Positions 1 through 9,552 of a DNA stretch of 64,000 nucleotides are shown in pieces. Under the pieces are notes generated by a model. That model made no database searches. It saw nothing but the letters and a program-made list of their open reading frames with translations, and was not told the origin of the DNA. The position numbers and the translations under genes are program-made. The stretch covers positions 1-64,000 of the IMG/VR virus record IMGVR_UViG_3300013121_000047; one strand, written 5' to 3'. Position 1 is the first letter of the stretch. Each line of letters begins with the position of its first letter. This stretch comes from a virus. Its lineage: Duplodnaviria > Caudoviricetes.

Positions 1-315
1 CTCCATTCCAGGAATAACAGGAAATTCTTTAATACCTTGCTCTGTCAGAAATCTTAACCAATCAAGATTGTGGTTGCCTTTTTCTTTTCCAAGATAAACT
101 GAGGTTTGGATTAAAAACCGCAACCAGGCTGGAGAATAACCGCAACTTTCAATCCACCAATATTTGGTTCCGTCTACATTTTCAACAGCTGGTCCATCTA
201 TTCGATGTCTTTTTCCTTCTTTAAACCATTCTTTTGTTCCATCTAAATGCTCAGCAATTCCTGTGAAGTTATCTGGAAGTCCATTCCAATTATTTATTTT
301 TATTGTTTTGTTCAT
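1..315 (-). CDS. HRxDGPA-repeat family protein (family A), 3' end runs off the window
   Basis: Read by hand from ATG at 315: MNKTIKINNWNGLPDNFTGIAEHLDGTKEWFKEGKRHRIDGPAVE...YLGKEKGNHNLDWLRFLTEQGIKEFPVIPGME; ATGA overlap with the upstream paralog stop. Confidence 0.85.
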   Translation of the reverse strand, partial: MNKTIKINNWNGLPDNFTGIAEHLDGTKEWFKEGKRHRIDGPAVENVDGTKYWWIESCGYSPAWLRFLIQTSVYLGKEKGNHNLDWLRFLTEQGIKEFPVIPGME

Positions 316-764
316 GTTATTGGTGCCCCGAAAACCTGATCAAACAGAGGTTTAAATTTTTTATCTTCTTCCATTCCTGGAATAATAGGAAACTCTTCGA
401 TACCTTCGTCTGTTAAAAACCTTAACCAATCAAGGTCATATTTGCCCTTTTCTTTTCCAAGGTAAATTGAGGTTTCAATTAAAACCTCAATATCAATAAA
501 CAAATACAATTGACCGTCAACCCACCATTCTTTTGATTTATCTAAACGTTCAATCGCTGGACCATCACTCCGATGACAGTTTCCTTCTTTATACCAATAC
601 TTGTTTCCATTTACCCATTCAATTGCTGGTCCATCTTCTCGATGAATTATTCCTTCTTTGAACCAATATTTTAAATACCATTTCTCTAAATTTGCGGAAT
701 ATTCCGCAACTCCAGTGAAGTTATTAGGAACTTCGTTAAGGTCGCTTATTTTTATTGTTTTCAT
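312..764 (-). CDS. HRxDGPA-repeat family protein (family A, 2 repeats)
   Basis: PNNFTG N-terminus, two HRxDGPAIE repeats, C-terminal IYLGKEKGKYDLDWLRFLTDEGIEEFPIIPGME. Confidence 0.85.
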   Translation of the reverse strand: MKTIKISDLNEVPNNFTGVAEYSANLEKWYLKYWFKEGIIHREDGPAIEWVNGNKYWYKEGNCHRSDGPAIERLDKSKEWWVDGQLYLFIDIEVLIETSIYLGKEKGKYDLDWLRFLTDEGIEEFPIIPGMEEDKKFKPLFDQVFGAPIT

Positions 765-1201
765 GGTTTTGGTGCCTCGAAAAGTTTATCGAAAAGGAAT
801 TTAAATCCTTTATCTTTTTCCATTCCTAAAATAATAGGGAACTCTTCGATACTCTTTTCTGTTAAAAATCTTAACCATTCAATATTATATTTTCCTTTTT
901 CTTTTCCAAGATATATTGAGGTTTTAATTAAAATTTGTAAGTTACGGTCGCGATATTGAATTTCATTAACATACCAAGACCTTAACCCACCCAGATACTC
1001 AATTGCAGGTCCATTTGTCCTGTGCCTTTTTCCTTCAACCCACCACTGTTTTATTCCATCTGAGTATTCACAAGCTGGACCATCAAGTCGATGAAGTTTT
1101 CCTTCTTTATACCAAAATTTATGTCCACTTCGTATAAAATCTACAATTCCTGTATAGTTTTTTGGGAGCTCTGTTTCATGTTTTATTTTTATTGTTTCCA
1201 T
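761..1201 (-). CDS. HRxDGPA-repeat family protein (family A, 2 repeats)
   Basis: Same architecture as its neighbours. Confidence 0.85.
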   Translation of the reverse strand: METIKIKHETELPKNYTGIVDFIRSGHKFWYKEGKLHRLDGPACEYSDGIKQWWVEGKRHRTNGPAIEYLGGLRSWYVNEIQYRDRNLQILIKTSIYLGKEKGKYNIEWLRFLTEKSIEEFPIILGMEKDKGFKFLFDKLFEAPKP

Positions 1202-1207
1202 TTTTGT

Positions 1208-1705
1208 TTATACCTCCAAAATCTGCTTAAATAAAAGAATAAACCTTTTATCCAACTCCATCTCAGGAACTATTGGAAACTCCTTTATTCCTTGTTCGGT
1301 TAGAAACCTTAACCAATCAAGGTTGTATTTACCTTTCTGTTTTTCAAGAAAAAGTGAAAATCGAATTAATCCCTTTAATCTAAAGGTTGTGTACAATTCA
1401 TCTTCAATCCACCATTCTTTAGCTCCGTTTGCATTCTCAATTGCAGGGCCATCTATTCTATGACGTTTGCCATTTACCCACCATTCTTTATATCCATTTG
1501 GATGTTCAACAGCGGGGCCATCTTCTCTGTGGCGTTTACCTTCTCTGTACCAATGTTTCGTTCCATCTGCAAATTCAACAGCAGGCCCATCTATTCTATG
1601 TCTTTCTCCTTCTTTAAACCACTCTTTTGAGTCGTTTAAAAATTCAGCGACCCCTGTGAAATCCCCAGGGATGTCATTCCAAGATTTTACTTTGATTGTT
1701 TCCAT
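1208..1705 (-). CDS. HRxDGPA-repeat family protein (family A, 3 repeats)
   Basis: Three 22-aa repeats HR(I/E)DGPA(V/I)E..G.K.W; same C-terminal domain. Confidence 0.85.
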   Translation of the reverse strand: METIKVKSWNDIPGDFTGVAEFLNDSKEWFKEGERHRIDGPAVEFADGTKHWYREGKRHREDGPAVEHPNGYKEWWVNGKRHRIDGPAIENANGAKEWWIEDELYTTFRLKGLIRFSLFLEKQKGKYNLDWLRFLTEQGIKEFPIVPEMELDKRFILLFKQILEV

Positions 1706-1713
1706 TTTTGTCT

Positions 1714-2778
1714 TCAGTCCTTTGTATCGAGTTCATTTTTGACAATAGCTTGATGCTTCCAGTGGTCGTTTGCTTGAACATGATTTTCTCTTACATATTT
1801 CAAACAGAACCTTCTGAATTCTGGGAAACTAAATTCTCTTGTTGGTCTAATAACATATCCTTCGCATTCATCTCCATTTTGAGAAACTGGTTTATAAATT
1901 TGTTTTATTTGTTCTTCGTTAAAGATGCCACGAAAAAGAACTGGTGGTGTTGGAATTTCCAATAGTTCTGCCCATTCGATTGTTTCGTCCCAAGAAAGAC
2001 AAAAGTTGTTTTCATTCCAAACGGAAAGAAGATAATGAAAATCCAAAAGATGTTTATAGTGAATGCTATGCTTTGCAAACACATTTTCTATACAAAATCT
2101 ATAGTTTTCTGGCAGGTCGTTCTTTATTTCAGAATGCCACGATTTTATTCTAGATCTTGATGGATGGTTATCCATTGAATCCAAAGATCTTGCATGAATA
2201 TGATCTCTGTATATGGTCGTATTTTCACCATCAAGTTTTTCAAGCACAACAATTTCTAAATCTTTAAAATGGTCTAACGAAGAAATAACTCGTTCTTCTT
2301 TATCTTTTCCGCCTGGACTCCACGGTAAATGAAGTGTTCTTGGATATTTTGTATAAGTTTCAAATAAATGAAGTACTGGTTCAAGAATTTTTTGAACGGA
2401 TTCTTCATAAAATAATTCCCCTTTTATTCTTCTCCCATCTGAAAGTATAAAGTTTCCCCATTTATCTATTTCTTGATTTTGATAGTAATGTTCTGGATAT
2501 ATGGTTGTTTTTATTCCGCAAAGTTTTCTCAGTTCATCACAACCAATAATTGTTTGCTCTGCTTTTATGTGGCATGGTTCACAAACAGTTGCGGCATTAT
2601 CCAAATAATAACCTCCATTTTCAAACAATTTTCTTTCAACCACATGGTGAACATCTAGGTTAGTTGGCTCACCTTCGTTGTCAAAAATAGCAGGTTCTTT
2701 ACAGACAACACACTTAAATCCATCCCGTTTAAAACAGCTTAAACGAAACTGATTTCTTGTTAGAAGTTTTTCAGACAT
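1714..2778 (-). CDS. HNH nuclease domain fused to ATP-dependent RNA ligase
   Basis: N-terminal RDGFKCVVC...DVHH...VCEPCH (HNH/Zn); C-terminal KYPRTLHLPWSPG, EKLDGEN (nucleotidyltransferase motif I), EGYVIR, KYVR. Confidence 0.8.
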   Translation of the reverse strand: MSEKLLTRNQFRLSCFKRDGFKCVVCKEPAIFDNEGEPTNLDVHHVVERKLFENGGYYLDNAATVCEPCHIKAEQTIIGCDELRKLCGIKTTIYPEHYYQNQEIDKWGNFILSDGRRIKGELFYEESVQKILEPVLHLFETYTKYPRTLHLPWSPGGKDKEERVISSLDHFKDLEIVVLEKLDGENTTIYRDHIHARSLDSMDNHPSRSRIKSWHSEIKNDLPENYRFCIENVFAKHSIHYKHLLDFHYLLSVWNENNFCLSWDETIEWAELLEIPTPPVLFRGIFNEEQIKQIYKPVSQNGDECEGYVIRPTREFSFPEFRRFCLKYVRENHVQANDHWKHQAIVKNELDTKD

Positions 2779-2782
2779 TTCC

Positions 2783-3223
2783 CTATCCTTTCAGTTGGAA
2801 TTCATTTTTCACTTTTGTTTTTTCGTTGTCGGCTTCTAATAATATTAGATTATATTCACTAGACATTCTATCTGGTTGTAAAAAAAGACGATATTTCACA
2901 AAAAAATCATATGGAAAATAAATTACAGAATCTTCTAATAGCCATCTCATTGAAAATAAAACTTGATTAATTTCTTCATCTAAAAAAGGCAACAATTCTA
3001 GATATATACCATTTTTAATTAAATTAACGATATCAATGGGTATCAATTCAGAGCCGTTAAGATACCAATATTTAATTCCATTTGAATATTCAATAGCTGG
3101 TCCACTTTCTCGGTGAAGTTTTCCATTTTTGTACCAATATTTATTTCCGCTTAGTGTAAAGTTTGCAACTCCTGTGAAGTTATCTGGAATCTCACCCCAA
3201 TCGTTTATTTTGATTTTATTCAT
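2783..3223 (-). CDS. HRxDGPA-repeat family protein (1 repeat, divergent C-terminus)
   Basis: IPDNFTG...LHRESGPAIE; degenerate GIYL...RWLLEDSVIYFP. Confidence 0.8.
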   Translation of the reverse strand: MNKIKINDWGEIPDNFTGVANFTLSGNKYWYKNGKLHRESGPAIEYSNGIKYWYLNGSELIPIDIVNLIKNGIYLELLPFLDEEINQVLFSMRWLLEDSVIYFPYDFFVKYRLFLQPDRMSSEYNLILLEADNEKTKVKNEFQLKG

Positions 3224-3639
3224 TATTTTGGTGCCCCAAAAACCTGTTTAAAGAGTGGTTTAAAGTCTTTATCCTCTTCCATTTCTGGGATGACAGGGAA
3301 CTCTTCAATTCCTGTTTCTATTAAAAACCTTAACCAATCAAGGTTATGCTCGCCTTTTTCTTTTCCAAGAAAAATTGATTTCGTTATCAGCTCTTTTAAT
3401 TTAAAAAATACATAAGATACGTTATCAATCCACCATTCTTCTTCCATACCAGAATGTATAATTGCTGGTCCATCTATCCTATGTCTTTTTCCTTCAACCC
3501 ACCATTCTTGTGTTCCATCTTTCCAAATTATTGCAGGACCATTTACTCGATGATAACATGTTAGATCTGTTTTATAAGACACAGATCTTCCAGCAGTTTT
3601 AATCATTACAGAATCCGATTCCTCACTTATTGTATCCAT
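3223..3639 (-). CDS. HRxDGPA-repeat family protein (different N-terminus)
   Basis: Two repeats plus IFLGKEKGEHNLDWLRFLIETGIEEFP. Confidence 0.8.
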   Translation of the reverse strand: MDTISEESDSVMIKTAGRSVSYKTDLTCYHRVNGPAIIWKDGTQEWWVEGKRHRIDGPAIIHSGMEEEWWIDNVSYVFFKLKELITKSIFLGKEKGEHNLDWLRFLIETGIEEFPVIPEMEEDKDFKPLFKQVFGAPK

Positions 3640-3895
3640 TTTACAACCTTTTTTAAGAGAATTTCCTGTATTTTTACAGCCTTAAATAACTTAGAAATAT
3701 TTTTATTATTATATTCTAGACCGCTCTTGGTATATAAGAATAAATTAAAAATGGAAATTTCCTAGTAAACTTGAATATATTATTTCTTTATTCATTTACT
3801 ATGTAAATTTCCATACAAAACATTGTTTTAACACACATAAAATCAAACAAGAATAAAATGCAGTGATCCGTGTTAAGGTGTTACGAAATCATGTA

Positions 3896-3924
3896 AGCAT
3901 AACCACCAGTTTTTGGTCAGTAAA
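3896..3924 (-). promoter_or_regulatory. sigma70-like promoter upstream of family A array
   Basis: TTTACT-17nt-TATGCT on minus strand. Confidence 0.5.
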
Positions 3925-3938
3925 GTGGAAAATTTAAA

Positions 3939-4412
3939 TTAAAGTGATAAAATAGATTCAATCTCAATATTTGACAATTGTGAGTAATTTTCTTTTTTCA
4001 AATTAGACATTTTTAATCTGGCCGATGCTGCTAAAAGATATTTTAATGCGGGTGCAAGCTCAGCGCGAGTATAAAAGTTTGCTTCTAAAAGTTCTTTTAA
4101 AACGTCAATTAACAAACCAGGCTTATCTATTGCCTGTTCTATTGAGATTTCATGTGGTTCGCCATTTTTATCCATTAAATCAATAGAACCTTTTGTGACT
4201 AATTTTAAAATTTCTTCTTGTGTTAGTTTTCCGCCATAGTTTGGCAAATATTTGTTTTCACCTTTAAAAATTGAGGCAACCTGTCTTCTTATTCCATCCA
4301 AAAGTTTATTACTTGTTGTTACGACAGGATGAACCCCCGCTTGAAAACCAAGTTGTTTATATTGGTTATCTAAATCGCGGTTTTCAAAAATTAAATCATA
4401 AAGTTTTAACAT
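3939..4412 (-). CDS. Hypothetical protein with IFE leader (putative internal head protein)
   Basis: Starts MLKLYDLIFE; TATTTA 8 nt upstream. Confidence 0.6.
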   Translation of the reverse strand: MLKLYDLIFENRDLDNQYKQLGFQAGVHPVVTTSNKLLDGIRRQVASIFKGENKYLPNYGGKLTQEEILKLVTKGSIDLMDKNGEPHEISIEQAIDKPGLLIDVLKELLEANFYTRAELAPALKYLLAASARLKMSNLKKENYSQLSNIEIESILSL

Positions 4413-4454
4413 AACAGTTTTAAATATGAAATTTAAAAGTTATATTTAGAATTG

Positions 4455-5012
4455 ATGTGCAAAATAAAACAAATAATTTTTGAAAAGCAAACTGAAGAGC
4501 AGGAAAATGAATTAGTTTATAATTTATCAAAAATTATTAACGCTTTATATAATTTTACAGAAGAAAATTTTTTAAAAACTTCTTTAAATAGTAAAATATT
4601 GAAATGGAATAAAATTGTAAACAATGATGATATTGATCAAATTTCAAAAGATATTATCCTATACAGTGAACCTAACGATATCGTAATAAAAACAGAAAAT
4701 GAATTATTTAATGGGCCACTTTTAGTCAAAAATTTTCCATTTATAAATGACGCAGAAAAACAAAATTATTTAAATCAAGATAAACAAGGAAAATACTTCG
4801 TTCCCTCGTTGTCTTTAATAAAAAGAAATAAAATAGATTACAGTTTAAAAATTGAAAAATTTGAATTAGTTGAGTTCAATTTAAAAAACAAAGATTTGTC
4901 TTTTATTAAATTTGTAAAAAATAAACAAGATAAAATGTATGCTATTGATTTAACAGACATTTCATATGTTTTTAACATATTGGCAAAAATAACTCAAGAA
5001 TTAGAAAATTAG
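4455..5012 (+). CDS. Hypothetical protein with IFE leader
   Basis: Starts MCKIKQIIFE; TATTTA at 4443-4448. Confidence 0.6.
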   Translation: MCKIKQIIFEKQTEEQENELVYNLSKIINALYNFTEENFLKTSLNSKILKWNKIVNNDDIDQISKDIILYSEPNDIVIKTENELFNGPLLVKNFPFINDAEKQNYLNQDKQGKYFVPSLSLIKRNKIDYSLKIEKFELVEFNLKNKDLSFIKFVKNKQDKMYAIDLTDISYVFNILAKITQELEN

Positions 5013-5317
5013 CCCATTTTTTGTCTTGTTTGGGTTGGAATTGTTGCGAGGTCATTTTTAAGTTTTCTTAAAATTCCAATCATTTCCAAAATAAGACGAT
5101 TTCTTTCACCAACTTGCGGTAAGCGAAGTATATCTTCTTCCATAATTTCTTCGCCTTCTTTGATTAATTCATCACAACCTTCAATAGTTTCACTTAGCAA
5201 ACTATCGACTTTAGTTAGATACTTATCAAGTTCACCGTGCCCAGGGTTTACAAGTTTAGACAATAAACCTTCTTTTAACACAGCTTTAATTTCATTTTTA
5301 AATTGAACTTTTTTCAT
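5009..5317 (-). CDS. Hypothetical helical protein, possible head-internal protein
   Basis: N-terminal IKAVLKE resembles an L-x-E protease site; coupled to upstream gene. Confidence 0.5.
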   Translation of the reverse strand: MKKVQFKNEIKAVLKEGLLSKLVNPGHGELDKYLTKVDSLLSETIEGCDELIKEGEEIMEEDILRLPQVGERNRLILEMIGILRKLKNDLATIPTQTRQKMG

Positions 5318-5973
5318 TATTGTCCTCTTAATTTGTCCATTATTCCACGGAAAAATCCTGGCTCTCTTGTTTTTGGAATATTTGCATCGGCTTCTGAACC
5401 TGCTACGGTTGAGGCCATGTTTGCATTCTTCATTAAACTTCTAGCTTCTTCGATGTCAAAATCTCTTGGAAGTTTAAGTCTTAATTCTTTTGCTTTTTCT
5501 GTGACAACTTTAAACATATTTGAAATTGCAAAATAAAGTTTTGCAATTAAAACTTTGGCTTCTTTTTGAACAACTGGTTCTTGTGCATCTAAAAGTGGAA
5601 GAACATCATCAACCGCACTAACAACAGATTCCATTTTTTCAGAAAGATCATTCACTGACTGAAACGAATCCATTTCAGCAGATTTTAACGCAGCTCTAAG
5701 TTTCCCAAGTGGTTTTGTTGCTTCTCCATATTGTCCTGGGCCTGGGAATGGTAGATTTACTTTTTTAAGACCTGTTGGTAGTCCTGATGGATTCGATCCC
5801 CATACTTCGTTTAATCCTTCGTAAAGAGCAACTTCTTCTTTTGAATCAAACTCTGATTTGATATCTTTAAAACAATCGTGTTGTAGCATTTCCTTCAACA
5901 CATTTCGGTGTTTGACCAACATTAAATTGTAATTTGCAACCGCTTCAGTTAAAGCGCTTATTTTTTTAGCCAT
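5317..5973 (-). CDS. Hypothetical protein, possible head-internal protein
   Basis: AGGAG RBS, TAATTA upstream, N-terminal MAKKISALTE/A matches a gp21-type site. Confidence 0.55.
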   Translation of the reverse strand: MAKKISALTEAVANYNLMLVKHRNVLKEMLQHDCFKDIKSEFDSKEEVALYEGLNEVWGSNPSGLPTGLKKVNLPFPGPGQYGEATKPLGKLRAALKSAEMDSFQSVNDLSEKMESVVSAVDDVLPLLDAQEPVVQKEAKVLIAKLYFAISNMFKVVTEKAKELRLKLPRDFDIEEARSLMKNANMASTVAGSEADANIPKTREPGFFRGIMDKLRGQ

Positions 5974-6078
5974 ATAGATTTTTTTCTCCTATGTGATTTA
6001 TGTAATCAAGAATAATTAATTTGTCAAAAATATAATTCAGAAAAAAGCATTATAAATAATTACTTTTGTGTAAATACT

Positions 6079-9000
6079 ATGCCTCTATATAGACATAATC
6101 AAAATGGTAAAATTTTTATAATTTTAGAGAGTGAACTTCAAAAAACTGAAAAAAAATTTGATTCAGGCGATGATTTTATTGTTCCGTTAAAAAAAGAAAT
6201 ATCAGAACAAGTTGGAATAAACAGCTTAAATGCCAAAGACGAATTTCCAATTCAGAGAACTTTTACTGAGGGTTCTAATGAAGGAGCGGAATTTGCTTTA
6301 TCAACAGTCTCACCAGAACAAAAAACTTTTATTTCAGAAATGAAATCTGAAGATGCCAAAAACATATTCCAAAATATATCAAATACGAATCAACTTTCTA
6401 TTAAAATAAAAAAAGGAAAATACAGTCCATCAGCCGATGCAGTATCTTGGCAAACAGCATTAAATGAACTTGAAACTGAAAAAGAAAAATCTAACTTAGT
6501 TAAATCAGTAGATAAACTAACATCAGAAAATAATGTTTACAGTTCAACAAATCCTATTATAGACCAACAAAATCCAAACGAGGACAATTTTGTTCTTGGA
6601 ACAATTGCTTATAAAACATTAGGCGTGCATGGACCAAGAAAATATCCGAATGTAGTTGAAGCCGATAAAAAAATTAATCAACTGACAATTTCAGAGATGA
6701 AATCAATTGGTTTGAAAATGATGCTTGCTGGATCTGGTGAATCTAATTCGACGATTACTAACCTTGCTGGAAATTCTGTGGCCGCTGTGGATGCAGTAAA
6801 TTTAGTTCCTAGTTTAACAGAGTTGGGATCTAAAATAAATTTTGGATCAACTAAAGCCTCTAAAATATTAGAAGATGTTAAACCAGGATTCAAATCATTA
6901 GATAATGGTGATTCGTTCATAGATAATTCGGCGATGATAACTTCTTATGGAAGCCCAAATAACCCATTAAAACCTTTTAGTGGAACTAGTTCACCGCTTT
7001 CTTTTGCCAAAACATTAACAACATTAACAACAATTTCATTTTTTTTAAAAAAGATAGCCTTATCGTTAAATATAACGGGAAGAACACAAGGAGATCATTT
7101 AGCAAATGGAAGTTCAAGAGACCGACAAAAACTTCTTGGTAGTGCTACAGGAAATGCAGGTTCAGATTTTTTACAGAACATTCTTGATCCATTTGAATTG
7201 CCACAAATAAACAATGATTTCTTTTTATCTTTGGATGCAGGTTTTAAGCAGTTTTTTGGACTTGGAGACAGTTTGGTTAGTTCTATACGCGCTAGCGAAG
7301 ATATAACAAGTTCAAAAAATTTTGGTTATTACTCAATTTTTATACGAAAATTAAATACTGGGATACAGAATCTTATAATAGGGGGTTTCGGCTCACTTTT
7401 ACAAAATATAAATTTAGGACAAGGAGCAGAAGCTAGAGAGTCACTCTCTCCAGAGAATTTAATGGAAAACCTTAAATCTAATTTTGTGTTAAAATTTATT
7501 AAATTTTTAGCACTTATTGGAGACAAGGTTTTGACTGCAAATGAATTGCAAATGCAGTCTCCTGTCCCTGGCTTAGAAACTACAATTTCAGCAATAGATG
7601 GAATCCAAGAAAAAATATCAAATGACGATCAAAGAGTAAACCCAGGAATTATTGTTGTAAAACATCGATTAGACCAGACAAATGGTGGAACTTCATATGC
7701 CAATAGTAATCTTCAATCAATGCTTTTGATGCCACAGTCTGTTACTGAAGCTGATAAGCTACTAAATGGAGAAGATAATCCTGTTGCAAAAGCTGTTAGA
7801 AAACTTTCCGAAAAAAATACTGTCTATACAAATGACTATATAAACGGAAGAATTCCAAAATCAGAAGTTAAAAAAATGGAAGATTATCTTGAAAGAGATT
7901 ATATGCCATTTTATTTTCACGATTTAAGAACAAACGAAATTATTTCATTTCATGCTTTTTTAGATTCAGCATCTGATAATATACAAGCTGAATATAATGA
8001 AGTTGAAGGTTATGGTAGAACGGGTGTTGTACCAATATATAAAAACACAAAACGTAGTATAAGTTTTTCTTTTAAAGTTTTAGCTGTAAATGATTCCGAC
8101 CACGATCAGATGTGGTATAAACTCAATAGACTGGCAGCATGTTTGTTTCCACAGTATTCAGAAGGCAGAATATTAAACTATCAAGGCAATAAATTCGTTC
8201 AACCTTTTTCACAAGTTTTTGCGGCCACTCCGCTAATAAGACTTAGATTAGGGGATTTATGGAAATCTAATTATTCAAAATTAGCGGTTGCCAGATTATT
8301 TGGTTTGTCGGGACAAATTCAAGGCAGAGAAGAAACTTTTAAACTTGCAACCGAAAGACAAATTTCAGTTAGACAACCAACAGATAACATCCGTGAACAA
8401 CAGCAAAGAAGAAATAATGAGGCTGCAATGTTGAGGAGACCGCTTCAACCTGGGGATTCCGTTGAAATTCGTGCAACGTCTAATAAAAACAGATGGCCCG
8501 TTGTTGTTCCAAGTGACGCATCAAGTACAAATGCTAGAGAACTTGGGCAAAGAATTGGGCAATATAGAATAGTGCCTGGGGCTTTTCTTTATATTCCTTC
8601 TGGTTATGTTAGAGGTGAAATTGTAGAATATCACCCATCTACTAGAGGTACTGGAAACAACTATCTTGTTCGCATAACAAACGTTAGTCCTGATGGACAA
8701 CAACTTGGATTTAGAACAATCTCTGGGAATCGTCGTGGGCAAAGTCCAACGTCGTTATTTAATATGGTAAGCGACGATCCAACTGGCGATATTGTATGTG
8801 TAAACCCAGATAGATTGGCCAGAATTTTACCACCAAGAGAAAATGTTGAACCACCAGACCCAATAACAAGAAGAGAAGTAATCAACTCAAGCATCTCAGA
8901 TTTTTTTAAATGCGATGGGGAAAATCCTAACCCAATAATGAAAGCCTTTTGTTCAACTGAAGGAAAAGGTCTTGCTTGTGTTATCAAATCAATGAATTTT

Positions 9001-9267
9001 GAAAACATAATGGACGCTCCATGGATAACTGATAAATTTGACGGAAGGACTCCATCACTTGTAACAATAAACATGGAAATTACTCCAATTCATGATATAA
9101 GTCCTGGCTTAGACCATAAAGGCGCAATGGTCGCTCCAATTTGGCCATCTGGTCAAATAACAACTAATTTAATGGGAAACAACCATTCTTCTGAAGAAGG
9201 TCATAAAAATTTTCATCAAAGTAAAATAGTTTATAACTTTCCGTCTATAAGAGGACCAAGAACATGA
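6079..9267 (+). CDS. Baseplate/tail-tube initiator-like structural protein (gp48/gp54-type domain)
   Basis: FHAFLDSASD...YGRTGVVPIYKNTKRSISFSFKV...KLNRLA..PQYS...PLIRLRLGD motif set; precedes LysM-like and hub genes. Confidence 0.55.
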   Translation: MPLYRHNQNGKIFIILESELQKTEKKFDSGDDFIVPLKKEISEQVGINSLNAKDEFPIQRTFTEGSNEGAEFALSTVSPEQKTFISEMKSEDAKNIFQNISNTNQLSIKIKKGKYSPSADAVSWQTALNELETEKEKSNLVKSVDKLTSENNVYSSTNPIIDQQNPNEDNFVLGTIAYKTLGVHGPRKYPNVVEADKKINQLTISEMKSIGLKMMLAGSGESNSTITNLAGNSVAAVDAVNLVPSLTELGSKINFGSTKASKILEDVKPGFKSLDNGDSFIDNSAMITSYGSPNNPLKPFSGTSSPLSFAKTLTTLTTISFFLKKIALSLNITGRTQGDHLANGSSRDRQKLLGSATGNAGSDFLQNILDPFELPQINNDFFLSLDAGFKQFFGLGDSLVSSIRASEDITSSKNFGYYSIFIRKLNTGIQNLIIGGFGSLLQNINLGQGAEARESLSPENLMENLKSNFVLKFIKFLALIGDKVLTANELQMQSPVPGLETTISAIDGIQEKISNDDQRVNPGIIVVKHRLDQTNGGTSYANSNLQSMLLMPQSVTEADKLLNGEDNPVAKAVRKLSEKNTVYTNDYINGRIPKSEVKKMEDYLERDYMPFYFHDLRTNEIISFHAFLDSASDNIQAEYNEVEGYGRTGVVPIYKNTKRSISFSFKVLAVNDSDHDQMWYKLNRLAACLFPQYSEGRILNYQGNKFVQPFSQVFAATPLIRLRLGDLWKSNYSKLAVARLFGLSGQIQGREETFKLATERQISVRQPTDNIREQQQRRNNEAAMLRRPLQPGDSVEIRATSNKNRWPVVVPSDASSTNARELGQRIGQYRIVPGAFLYIPSGYVRGEIVEYHPSTRGTGNNYLVRITNVSPDGQQLGFRTISGNRRGQSPTSLFNMVSDDPTGDIVCVNPDRLARILPPRENVEPPDPITRREVINSSISDFFKCDGENPNPIMKAFCSTEGKGLACVIKSMNFENIMDAPWITDKFDGRTPSLVTINMEITPIHDISPGLDHKGAMVAPIWPSGQITTNLMGNNHSSEEGHKNFHQSKIVYNFPSIRGPRT

Positions 9268-9545
9268 GATATAATAAAACACAGTTACTAAATTTTGGAA
9301 TGCAATATGGAACATCTGAGTTTATTCCAAACATAAGGAAGGCAATTGAATCAGGACAAATTCGATATGAAGTTCATATTCTTTCAGGAAAAGAACGGCT
9401 CGACACAATCGCTGCTCAGTATTATGGAGATGCTTTCAAATATGATATTTTAGCTGCCGCATCAAATATTGGAAATCCACTTCAGGTTTCTCCTGGGACC
9501 ATTGTTTTAATTCCTAATTTAGAAGATATCAACCTTATTACTTAA
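9264..9545 (+). CDS. LysM-like baseplate wedge protein (gp53/gpX-like)
   Basis: ERLDTIAAQYYGD...ILAAASNI.NPLQVSPGTIVLIP. Confidence 0.75.
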   Translation: MRYNKTQLLNFGMQYGTSEFIPNIRKAIESGQIRYEVHILSGKERLDTIAAQYYGDAFKYDILAAASNIGNPLQVSPGTIVLIPNLEDINLIT

Positions 9546-9552
9546 TATCGTC

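Noticed and set aside
1-3639. Diversity-generating retroelement acting on the repeat family
   Set aside because: No reverse transcriptase in the window; differences between the copies compared are at all bases and often synonymous, not adenine-specific
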